Part shown: piece by piece, positions 54,403 to 62,493 of the stretch | How the letters are laid out: each line of letters begins with the position of its first letter | How positions within the stretch are numbered: position 1 is the stretch's first letter | Source of the DNA: a virus | Lineage: Duplodnaviria > Caudoviricetes | DNA length: 62,493 bases | Reading direction: 5' to 3' (one strand) | IMG/VR virus record: IMGVR_UViG_3300044527_000635 | Coordinates: 1 to 62,493 of that record | Notes under the pieces: model-generated | The model's database searches: none | What the model saw: only the letters and a program-made list of their open reading frames with translations | What the model was told of the DNA's origin: nothing | Program-made: the position numbers and the translations under genes

Positions 54403-54972
54403 TTAAATATATTCTAGCCAGTTTGCTTTTTCTTGTTCTGTATCTAAATATAGGTCATTCTCGTCTTCAAAATCGTAATCAAGATTATATTCTTGAATAT
54501 CATTATTTGCTTCAGAAAAATCACTATCATTTGGCTCCCAAGAACCTGTAACATCAATTTCCGAAGCTTTAGCTATGTCTTGATCTGCTTTTCTATATGA
54601 GTCTTTTACTTTTCCGCCAGACATCATTCTTAAAAACATATTTACTCTTGCTGCGGCCCATCCTCCTCTAGTCATTCCGGGTCTATGAGAAGAACTAAAT
54701 GCGCCAGCACCTCTGCGATATACTTTCTTTAACTGACTTAAATTAACTTTTCTAGAATGCTTTGCATTATGATTCTTTACTTTGTTTTTAAGCATCTCTA
54801 CAACTTTAGCAGAAAACTCTATTGCCTTATCGCTTTTGGTTCCTGCGCTACCAGCAGGATTTTTACTAGAACCACTGCGCCTTTCAGAAGGCTTGGAAGG
54901 CGTCTGAGCAGAGCTTTTAGGCCCAGACCTCTTTGATTCTATGATTTCAATTTCTAAACCTTGTAAGCTCAT
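54403..54972 (-). CDS. Basic head-associated protein (DUF5824-like from memory)
   Basis: 'LKKVYRRGAGAFSSSHRPGMTRGGWAAARVNMFL' and an acidic C-terminus. Confidence 0.6.
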   Translation of the reverse strand: MSLQGLEIEIIESKRSGPKSSAQTPSKPSERRSGSSKNPAGSAGTKSDKAIEFSAKVVEMLKNKVKNHNAKHSRKVNLSQLKKVYRRGAGAFSSSHRPGMTRGGWAAARVNMFLRMMSGGKVKDSYRKADQDIAKASEIDVTGSWEPNDSDFSEANNDIQEYNLDYDFEDENDLYLDTEQEKANWLEYI

Positions 54973-54983
54973 AATTTATAGTT

Positions 54984-54997
54984 GATAATAAATACAC
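54984..54997 (-). promoter_or_regulatory. GTGTAT variant of the promoter-like motif before the head operon
   Basis: GTGTATTTATTATC, 19 nt upstream of the ATG at 54972. Confidence 0.4.
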
Positions 54998-55019
54998 TGA
55001 AAATTAGCAATTAAGGAAA

Positions 55020-56294
55020 TTATAATGGCCCATTTGTATTAAAGTTTGTGTAGCTCAATCCTTTTAGTAAGCCGCTCATGGATAAGCCATTCGGATGAGG
55101 ATAAGAATTTTGGTCCATATCGCAGTAAAAACTAAAATCTAAAACAGCATTTGCGCCGACGGAAGAGTCATAAGAAAGGTCTTTAAACTTTGCTCCTCTA
55201 ATATCGTATCTTATAATAGTATCAGAGTCTTTGTTCATCTTAATTACAATATCGTATTTAGATTCTGATTTTATGTTGGATATTAGGTCTCCAGAATAAA
55301 TTAAATTTTTATAAATAGCTGAAAAAGTTCCTTCAACAGTGATAGGAGTATTTATTTGCCTGTCTACTGGATAAACATAGCCTAATGTCTTTAGGGGTTC
55401 CCTATCTAATGGAATAGTAAAATTAAAACCCTGAATCGCCGAGTCTTGTATGATTACATTTGATTTAGTTTTAGAAGTAGAGTTTACATCGAATACATCT
55501 ACGGTGATTTCTCCGGGTAACAAGACTGAAATTGAGTTACCTATTTCTTCATAAGCGGTATTATAATTAGGAATAGAAAAACGAACTCCCGTATTAAGTA
55601 GTCCACTCTTAGGCTCAACAAATGGAGATACTGCATTAGTACCGGAAGAATAATAAAGAACATTATGCGCCGTACAAGTAACTGAAGCTATTGGGATCTC
55701 GTTAATTTTAGCATTTACTCCATAAGAGGTGATGAAGCAATTACCAAAAGCCAACACAGGGAATCCAGATAGGTTAGAGTTAATGACATCTGCGGGATTT
55801 GGGTTAATAGACAAGAAAAGGTTTCTTTGGTCTCTGTATTTAAACGGATATTTGAATGTGTTATTTGTCGGTATCGTTAAATCAGTATTATAAGCAAACC
55901 CTTGATCTCCAAAAGCGAATCCTGATAAAATGTTTCCACTAGGATAAGTTTGCCCGCCATCAAATTGATCTAAATTTGGAGGCCCAAGATCTACATAAAA
56001 ACCAAGCCTAGCTTCGTTTCTTAAATCTTTAATGTTGTAATTGAAGCTAAGATTTATCTCTGGTGGATTTAAGTTGTGATCGTAAATTGTAGAAGCGTTT
56101 CCGATTTCAGTAAACCTTGCTGGCTGAGTAGATATCTGATAACTAAATTGATTTATTCTTTTAAGAGGTTGGATTAGGTTATGGACTCCTGTTGGCAAAA
56201 GAGTGCCATTAGGGTCACAAAAATAATACCCACTTGCTGGAGCAGGTCCAACAAGCAGCAACTGATTATTATAGATTACTCTATTTGTAGGCAT
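55020..56294 (-). CDS. Tail-tube paralog located in the head module
   Basis: 'MPTNRVIYNNQLLLVGPAPASG', 'AFGNCFITSY', 'DREPLKTLG...DRQINTPITV' and 'DSSVGANA' match 24388..25569 and 25630..27291. Confidence 0.7.
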   Translation of the reverse strand: MPTNRVIYNNQLLLVGPAPASGYYFCDPNGTLLPTGVHNLIQPLKRINQFSYQISTQPARFTEIGNASTIYDHNLNPPEINLSFNYNIKDLRNEARLGFYVDLGPPNLDQFDGGQTYPSGNILSGFAFGDQGFAYNTDLTIPTNNTFKYPFKYRDQRNLFLSINPNPADVINSNLSGFPVLAFGNCFITSYGVNAKINEIPIASVTCTAHNVLYYSSGTNAVSPFVEPKSGLLNTGVRFSIPNYNTAYEEIGNSISVLLPGEITVDVFDVNSTSKTKSNVIIQDSAIQGFNFTIPLDREPLKTLGYVYPVDRQINTPITVEGTFSAIYKNLIYSGDLISNIKSESKYDIVIKMNKDSDTIIRYDIRGAKFKDLSYDSSVGANAVLDFSFYCDMDQNSYPHPNGLSMSGLLKGLSYTNFNTNGPL

Positions 56295-58180
56295 TAGATT
56301 TTACTATGGTAAAGCAAACTAGCCATATAAGAATCCACTTGATGCTCGCAAGCAATTCCATGAATTTCTTCTACTGTTTTTTCATTTTTATCTACAGGAG
56401 ATTCTATGTACTCAGAGATCTTAGAAATCCAATTACTTTTTTCTTCGTTAGCGACTATGATTTTTGTGATGTCAAGAGCTACTTCTTTTTGCTTATCGTT
56501 TAACTTTTTAAGCTTATGTTTCTTCTTTAAAATGTTTTCTACTTCGACGCCTAATTTGTTTGTGGCTTCTACTATATCTTTTAACTTAGTTACGCTGTAA
56601 TTAGCCTTAGAAGAAGTGCCAACTGGTTTAACATTTTTAGTTGTTTGCTTGATGCCAGTGCTTCCCGCTGGTCTTCCGGCATCTATTTTAGGACCACCAA
56701 TTAATGGCTGATAGAGTCCTTTGTCTTTTAGATCAATAAAACTATTTTGAGACTGGAGCGACTCTTCTGGACTTGGCAATACTCCTGTTTCAATAGCTTT
56801 AAGGCCTTCCTCTGGGGTAAGAACCCCAAGCTCCATAAGGCGAGTATAAATTCTATTAAGGTTTTGATCTGTCTTAAGATCCATATCTTCAAAGAATGGA
56901 GTAGGGAATACTTTGAACCCTATTTCTTTAGAAATTCTCTTGATTTCAGGCAGCAAGAAGTCTGTGATAAAAGCTTGACGAGCTTGTATTAGTTTTTGTC
57001 CTAAGAGAGAAACTTTTGTAGTAGTGTTCGCGAACTTTTCGTTTCCAACTAGAATATTATTTAATCCAATATTAATGTCTCTATCGATCACCTCATATTT
57101 TCTTGGATCAAGGATGTCTGCGATTTGAGGGATAACGAACTCTGCTTTTGTCGTATAGTCTGCAATAAGGACTCTACCAATCGATTGATTAGTAAAGAGA
57201 TTTTGCATCGTCTTCAAGTTCTCTTGGTTCACTCCTCCCTTATCAGGTTCAGTTCCCATAGTAATAAGAAGAACGACTTGCTGGATTGTCCTTGTAAGTG
57301 CCATATCCATACGACGCATTTCAATTTTAGCACTTATATCTTCAAGAACTGGAAATCCCATTGGTACGGCAAAGGGCTCGTAGTCTTGCTTCTTATAGAA
57401 TACAGCATAAAACTTCTTTGTGTCTAAATGAAGTAGGACCGCTGTAGATTTTCCTTTTAAAATTTGCTCCCTAACAAGAGGGTCAAGAGAGTTTAGTATC
57501 TCTTTGTCTTCTTCTGTCCTTGGATTTCTAACCTGCTCAAGTTCGTAATCAGTTAGTACCTTATAATACTGCCCTCTATTAAAAGAAAGGTTACCATTGA
57601 CTTGAACATCTGCTGGGTTAATGATTATGTATCTAGAAGGTAAAGAAATTTTTGCTGCTAAAGCTTGCGAACCAAAAACTTGACTAATTTTAGATATATC
57701 CTCTTCTTTAATGGTAGTGTCGTATCTATAGATGAAAACGTTTCCAGAGCGGTAGTATTCTCTAAAGAACTTGTCTTGAAGAGCAGTGATATTTATCTTA
57801 TTGAATAAGGCTTGGAAGAAATCTCTTGCACTTTTATTTCCACCTTTCAAGTGAAGGTTTCCGCAAGAAAGCTCTGATAGTAAATCGATTGTGTTCCTAA
57901 ATAGACCAAAGTTATAATAAGCTTTTTGGCACAAGATTACCGTATCTCTTACGTCAATGTTAGATTTATTATAGTTATAGCCAGTGGCATAATTAAATGG
58001 CACCATGCCTTCATCGATATTGCGAAAACGATCTGTTCTCTCAATGGTTGACGCAGCATTTCTACGGCTTCTCGTCTCAGTGACTCTGCTTGCTACTCCG
58101 CCATGAGCAGGGGTAGAGCCTTCGACCATCATTGGAGCGAAAGAAGATTCCTCAATTTTTTCTTTTTTAACCTTTGCCAT
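56294..58180 (-). CDS. Portal protein
   Basis: 628 aa right after the terminase, with 'FFREYYRSGNVFIY', 'YIIINPADV' and 'KKQDYEPFAVP'. Confidence 0.82.
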   Translation of the reverse strand: MAKVKKEKIEESSFAPMMVEGSTPAHGGVASRVTETRSRRNAASTIERTDRFRNIDEGMVPFNYATGYNYNKSNIDVRDTVILCQKAYYNFGLFRNTIDLLSELSCGNLHLKGGNKSARDFFQALFNKINITALQDKFFREYYRSGNVFIYRYDTTIKEEDISKISQVFGSQALAAKISLPSRYIIINPADVQVNGNLSFNRGQYYKVLTDYELEQVRNPRTEEDKEILNSLDPLVREQILKGKSTAVLLHLDTKKFYAVFYKKQDYEPFAVPMGFPVLEDISAKIEMRRMDMALTRTIQQVVLLITMGTEPDKGGVNQENLKTMQNLFTNQSIGRVLIADYTTKAEFVIPQIADILDPRKYEVIDRDINIGLNNILVGNEKFANTTTKVSLLGQKLIQARQAFITDFLLPEIKRISKEIGFKVFPTPFFEDMDLKTDQNLNRIYTRLMELGVLTPEEGLKAIETGVLPSPEESLQSQNSFIDLKDKGLYQPLIGGPKIDAGRPAGSTGIKQTTKNVKPVGTSSKANYSVTKLKDIVEATNKLGVEVENILKKKHKLKKLNDKQKEVALDITKIIVANEEKSNWISKISEYIESPVDKNEKTVEEIHGIACEHQVDSYMASLLYHSKI

Positions 58181-58185
58181 AAGCC

Positions 58186-58201
58186 TAATAATTAATTACA
58201 C
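58186..58201 (-). promoter_or_regulatory. GTGTAA promoter-like motif before the portal gene
   Basis: GTGTAATTAATTATTAGGCTTATG. Confidence 0.6.
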
Positions 58202-58204
58202 ATT

Positions 58205-60046
58205 TTAAATTAAAATTGGTGTAAATCCCGCAGCTACTATTTTATTTTCAGTAGTCATAATGTCATTATAACATTTGGAACCCCATTTCGCTAACATTAA
58301 AGCAGTGTAATTATCTTTTCTCGCTCTATTGGGAGAATTGGAACGCTTTAGGTGTTGAGGCAAGTCGAAATTAACAGAACCACGACTGCTAGTAGTGAAC
58401 TCAACTAGCGAACATTGCTTCTTAGTGTTGTAAACTAATAAGTCTTGGTGTTCTATTAAGTCTAGTTTGTTCCAGTCCTTATTCTCTTCCACGAAGATTA
58501 TTTCTTCTGGAATCCTCTTATTAATCTCTTCATTAAAGAAATTCTCATTAGCGACAGTCTTTGAAGCGAACCAAATTTTCTTATAATCAATTGCCGCTTG
58601 TAGGTTTTCGTTACCTCTTCTGATAAACGTAGTAGTGAATACTTGAGTGACTGCTATCTGCTTGTTCTCAAGGTTATATTGGCTCTTAGCTTTTTGCACC
58701 ATCCTTGTATATTCAATACCCTCAAGATCAGAATCGAAATCAATAAACTTAATCTTCTCAGATTCTGAATTCACATATTGAGATTCATTATAAGTATTAA
58801 AGAAGATATCAGCGCCAGCATTATCGCAGATTATGTAAACAATATTAAAGCTCGTCATTAAGTAATGGAAGTATTTGATGTGAGTATTTAAGCTCCCAAG
58901 GCCAGCATAACAATGCACTAGGGTATCGTTCTTATTTTCTCGGTCTATTTCTAAAATACCCATTGCAAAATAGTCAGCATTTGGACTATCGCTCATGTTA
59001 GGGTCCATTGCTAAAATATATTGCTTACCACTATCTCCTTTAATTTGAGAATGGGGGCGTTCTTCGAACTTAAGGGTACACTCTTCCATTTTCTTCATGC
59101 TAAAATAAGAATCGCTACCGTCAGTGAATTGAGCGCAATACTCTCTTAAGAAAGAAGCATGAGAAGCTCCACCATTTTGCGCTTCTTCTGTAATTGAAGA
59201 GTCTATCATCTCTAGAGGGAGAGCTTCGTAACTTAATTGAGATACAAAATAAGTAGCACTTGTTGGCTCCTTTGAATAGATATTGTCACACCACTCTTTG
59301 TAAGTCTTATAGAGGTTCTCAAAAGTATAAGAGGCTGAAGATAGGGCAATCATTTTAGAAGTGTTCTTAAACTCCATGCGGTCAGCCTCTGTCATCGCCC
59401 CTTGGCTAATTAAATCATCTTCTTGTTCGCGAATACTAATACGTTCTTTAATATCTTGCGGCACAATCAAGAATGGCATCAATACATTCTTAATAATGTC
59501 TTCCGGTAGAAGCATGAACTCGTCTAGCACAAGTACGTTAGCACGGAAACCACGAATCTTTTCGCCGCTTAGAGGGATAGCTTTTATTGAACCCTCATTA
59601 ATTGACCAATCGTATTCATCATTGCGTTTTGACTTTGCGCCGAACGCTTGCATCAAAAGATCTGCGCCTTTAGACTCAGTAATCTTTTCTATTGAATTGA
59701 AAATGCTCCTTGCTGTTCTAAATGTTGGACCAGCAATTAAGATCTTGCTCTTGGGCTCAAATATGCATTGTAAAAAACAAAATACCGCAGCAGAAAAAGA
59801 TTTGGAAGCACCACGACCCCACACGTTGAGACAAAAGTTTCTATTTAACATGGCTTTAATTACAACCTCTTGATAAGGCCATAATTTTATGCCAGAAATT
59901 AGCTCTGTAGTTATGCCGATATTAGAACGTAAGAACTTGGCTAAAGTTATCTTAGCCTCTTTGTCTTCAAGAGTATCTTTTAGTCTAGAATATTCATCGT
60001 TTAGATTTGGAATTATTCTATTATACTTTTCTGGGGTATACCACAT
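58205..60046 (-). CDS. terL: Terminase large subunit
   Basis: 'KLWPYQ', Walker A 'GRGASKS', 'KIRGFRANVLVLDE' (Walker B), 'IALSSA', 'FLREYCAQF', and RNase H-like 'LAMDP...DYFA...KDNYTAL'. Confidence 0.92.
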   Translation of the reverse strand: MWYTPEKYNRIIPNLNDEYSRLKDTLEDKEAKITLAKFLRSNIGITTELISGIKLWPYQEVVIKAMLNRNFCLNVWGRGASKSFSAAVFCFLQCIFEPKSKILIAGPTFRTARSIFNSIEKITESKGADLLMQAFGAKSKRNDEYDWSINEGSIKAIPLSGEKIRGFRANVLVLDEFMLLPEDIIKNVLMPFLIVPQDIKERISIREQEDDLISQGAMTEADRMEFKNTSKMIALSSASYTFENLYKTYKEWCDNIYSKEPTSATYFVSQLSYEALPLEMIDSSITEEAQNGGASHASFLREYCAQFTDGSDSYFSMKKMEECTLKFEERPHSQIKGDSGKQYILAMDPNMSDSPNADYFAMGILEIDRENKNDTLVHCYAGLGSLNTHIKYFHYLMTSFNIVYIICDNAGADIFFNTYNESQYVNSESEKIKFIDFDSDLEGIEYTRMVQKAKSQYNLENKQIAVTQVFTTTFIRRGNENLQAAIDYKKIWFASKTVANENFFNEEINKRIPEEIIFVEENKDWNKLDLIEHQDLLVYNTKKQCSLVEFTTSSRGSVNFDLPQHLKRSNSPNRARKDNYTALMLAKWGSKCYNDIMTTENKIVAAGFTPILI

Positions 60047-60047
60047 A

Positions 60048-60986
60048 TTATAGCATCTTTAGGTCGTAGCAAAGTTGCAAATCATACTTAAAAAAGTTCT
60101 CATCAGTAGAAAACATCTTCTCAATTACTCTAACAGACTCTTTGCGCCCCTTTGCAAATAAGAATTGTACATGAGGGTATTTTTGTATTAGCTCTCTGAC
60201 GTTATGGAATATAAATTCAGGGTTTACCTTTGTAGCTTTCTTGTATACATGAGGAAGATAATTAAATGACAGAGTATTGCTTAAGCTCTCTTCTACAATG
60301 ATGACCATGTTAGCTTTAGCTTCACTTGCCTTCTCAATCTCTCGACAAAATCTTTCGTAACCTGCACTTAGTGTGCCAATAAAATCAGAAATAGACTTCC
60401 TCTCAAAATAAAGTTTGCCATCATAGCTTGGATGACTAAATCCATAGTCTCCAAACTTAAGGGTGCGAACTTCAGATGCCATATTGAAGATGAATGGCTT
60501 CTGTTCTCGGGTATCAATATAAATAATTGAATCTTTGGTTTGTAATTGAGCTAGATTATCCAAATTATTTGGATATACATACTTATTTTTAAACCCAAGA
60601 TCTTCAGCGAGCTTGTAGTAGTCACTAAAAATTTCTTGTAAGTAAATAACACTTGGACTCAATACACTACGAAGCTCAACTTGAGAGGGAGTATACTGCA
60701 AACCTTTCTTCTCTTTCCTCTTAATAAGGAAGTCTTTGCAATATTCTCTTTGCTTCTCTAATGACTGAGCCTTGAGCCAGTTCTTAAGATTGTTTTTATT
60801 ATTAAAGTCAGTATTGAAATACTGTTCTTTATTTTTATAGATGATTATTGAATTATCAAAAGCATCATAGCGAGGGTGCTGTTGTTGATAGTATTCTATT
60901 ACTCTAATCTTATGAGCCTTGAGATGGCGATTAAAATCTGCATCTGCTTCATAAACCTTTTGACATATTTTGCATGTTTCAGCCAT
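60048..60986 (-). CDS. C2H2 zinc finger plus ERCC4 (XPF/Mus81-family) nuclease
   Basis: 'CKICQK...RHLKAH', then 'IYIDTREQKP...GDY...FERKSISDF'. Confidence 0.85.
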   Translation of the reverse strand: MAETCKICQKVYEADADFNRHLKAHKIRVIEYYQQQHPRYDAFDNSIIIYKNKEQYFNTDFNNKNNLKNWLKAQSLEKQREYCKDFLIKRKEKKGLQYTPSQVELRSVLSPSVIYLQEIFSDYYKLAEDLGFKNKYVYPNNLDNLAQLQTKDSIIYIDTREQKPFIFNMASEVRTLKFGDYGFSHPSYDGKLYFERKSISDFIGTLSAGYERFCREIEKASEAKANMVIIVEESLSNTLSFNYLPHVYKKATKVNPEFIFHNVRELIQKYPHVQFLFAKGRKESVRVIEKMFSTDENFFKYDLQLCYDLKML

Positions 60987-62109
60987 TTAACACCTCATCT
61001 TCTGAAATTCCTAAGATACGGCACTTGATTTCATCCATTGTAGAGAGACGGTCTATCTCGTTCTTGACCATCGCCTTTCTCCTTTCGGCAAGTTTCAATA
61101 ACCGTGTGCGAGAATCTTCTTCTTTCCACATCTGAACTAAATTGAGGATACTGGCGTTCTCTTTTATTTGCTTGCTAAGGCGATCACTTCGTTTTACTTT
61201 AAGATCATTAAGAAGTTTTTGCTGGCGGATAGTCGATTGGTTGTATTCGTTTCTTGCACCGCTAATGGCCTCAATAAGAGCCATAGGAATTTTGCCACCC
61301 CCATCCACTTCCATATCAATCTGATTTTGGAGGGTCTGGATGGTCTCTTGGATGTTGGCAGATATGACTACTTCAGTAGCTAGTACAATGTATTGGTCAA
61401 CTTCTTCTTGAGTAAGGTCTGGCTTATCAAATGTATAACGGACAAAAGAGCTTTCAAATAACTCACGATCAATATTAGAGGAGTAACTGTTTATTTGATG
61501 GAGAAACCGATAAGTATGCATGTATCCAATGATAGCATTAATAGCCGCCTTCTGGCGCGAAGTGACTTTGTCTTTGTCAATGCCTTCATGGACGTATCTA
61601 TTGATGCGAAAGAGCATCCGCTCAAAAGTCTTTGGCGGCATGTATTGAGAATCGGCAATACTCTCTGTATCTCTTTGAGATACTGGACCTGCTTGAATTA
61701 CTTTTTGATCAAGGGTCTTAATGAACTCAATTATTGTACGAGTCTCTTGACTGAGGCTAGTAAGATTTTGATTATTAAAAACACTTTTAGTAATCTCAAG
61801 TGCGCCCATTGAACCGGCGTTATTAGCAGCAAATTCTTTTTGTTCTGGAGACAATTCAATCTTATCTTTTGCCAAGTACTCATACGAAGCCCTTGCTTTA
61901 ATTTGTCTTGTTGATAAGAACTCTTTAACCTTCTTGCCGTGCCAACTTCTACCGTCTGCGCCTTCAGCGTCAGGAAAAGCAACCCTAACAAGTTCAAGCA
62001 GAGAAGGAGGATTAGTAGCGCGGTTGTTCCACTCATTTAAAATTGCCAGTCTCTGTTGGTCGTTAAGTTCTTGAGGTTCATTTTCAGCCATAAATTTCCA
62101 CTTCTCCAT
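60979..62109 (-). CDS. Hypothetical helical protein (possible terminase small subunit; likely start ATG at 62091)
   Basis: Upstream of the ERCC4 and terL genes, with a coiled-coil C-terminus. Function inferred from position only. Confidence 0.45.
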   Translation of the reverse strand: MEKWKFMAENEPQELNDQQRLAILNEWNNRATNPPSLLELVRVAFPDAEGADGRSWHGKKVKEFLSTRQIKARASYEYLAKDKIELSPEQKEFAANNAGSMGALEITKSVFNNQNLTSLSQETRTIIEFIKTLDQKVIQAGPVSQRDTESIADSQYMPPKTFERMLFRINRYVHEGIDKDKVTSRQKAAINAIIGYMHTYRFLHQINSYSSNIDRELFESSFVRYTFDKPDLTQEEVDQYIVLATEVVISANIQETIQTLQNQIDMEVDGGGKIPMALIEAISGARNEYNQSTIRQQKLLNDLKVKRSDRLSKQIKENASILNLVQMWKEEDSRTRLLKLAERRKAMVKNEIDRLSTMDEIKCRILGISEDEVLNG

Positions 62110-62493
62110 TTGTAATGCACTTCTTAGCTTTTATAAGGATAGATCGCTTTAAGTTTTTTATCTGTTTATATCCGGGAGATCGGTTCTTTTCAGTAGTCTT
62201 AAAGCCTAATAGTTTTGCTACCTCTTCTTCTTTTTGATTCTTTAAGCAAAGCATCTCGTATACCATCCACTCTGCTGGCTTTAGTACTTTCTTTAATGCC
62301 GAAGATAAGCTATGAGTACTTCTTAGAAGGTCAAAGCCTTCGTTGGTCATGTCGTGGACTTCTTTAATGTGATTTTCAAGAGGAAGAGTTATTTTTGTAT
62401 TGAAAGCGTCTTTTTTATTACGCTCCCAATGAGAATACATTGGGCACTTCTTACACTGCTCTCCATATATTGAACAAGAATCATCCCACTCTG
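62084..62493 (-). CDS. Probable phage sigma-70-family factor, C-terminal part (5' end beyond the window)
   Basis: The frame stays open to the edge (EWDDSCSIYGEQCKKCP-MYSHW...). 'LKPAEWMVYEMLCLKNQKEEEVAKLLG...QIKNLKRSILIKAK' resembles a sigma region 4 HTH. Confidence 0.6.
   Translation of the reverse strand, partial: EWDDSCSIYGEQCKKCPMYSHWERNKKDAFNTKITLPLENHIKEVHDMTNEGFDLLRSTHSLSSALKKVLKPAEWMVYEMLCLKNQKEEEVAKLLGFKTTEKNRSPGYKQIKNLKRSILIKAKKCITNGEVEIYG

Noticed and set aside
1-62493. Short antisense or nested ORFs in the track (e.g. 4582..5154, 46300..46545, 52468..52938, 59361..59873)
   Set aside because: They are shadows of long, motif-bearing genes and show no independent signals.
1-62493. 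Stop-codon reassignment
   Set aside because: Genes are long, tightly packed and intact under the standard bacterial code.
1-62493. tRNA, rRNA or large ncRNA genes
   Set aside because: Intergenic gaps are about 100 bp or less and are accounted for by terminators and leader motifs; no cloverleaf was seen.

Overview
An AT-rich, gene-dense 62.5-kb segment of a large tailed dsDNA phage with a non-contractile (siphovirus-type) tail, covering essentially the whole virion morphogenesis region. On the minus strand, from right to left: a probable phage sigma factor (cut by the window edge), a hypothetical protein, an ERCC4-type nuclease, terminase large subunit, portal, basic head-associated proteins, prohead protease/scaffold, decoration protein, major capsid, two giant GNVGIG-repeat fibres, three LamG/ConA lectin genes with an HNH endonuclease inserted among them, an Ig-domain protein, neck genes, tail-tube proteins, tail chaperones and a 2633-aa tape measure. 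A lambda-like tail-tip block (M, L, K, K', I, J and two accessory genes) lies on the opposite strand. The main oddities are: (1) a 62-aa module identical in both fibres while 42 of its 62 codons differ, next to LamG genes that each carry a different domain inserted in the same loop, suggesting a modular plug-and-socket adhesin system; (2) tail chaperones G and GT apparently encoded as duplicated genes separated by a terminator instead of by a frameshift; (3) five tail-tube paralogs and two gpK paralogs; (4) a recurrent GTGTAA(W-rich) motif before most operons, a candidate late promoter; (5) apparent avoidance of CCWGG. All family assignments come from motifs recognised by eye, and no database search was run.
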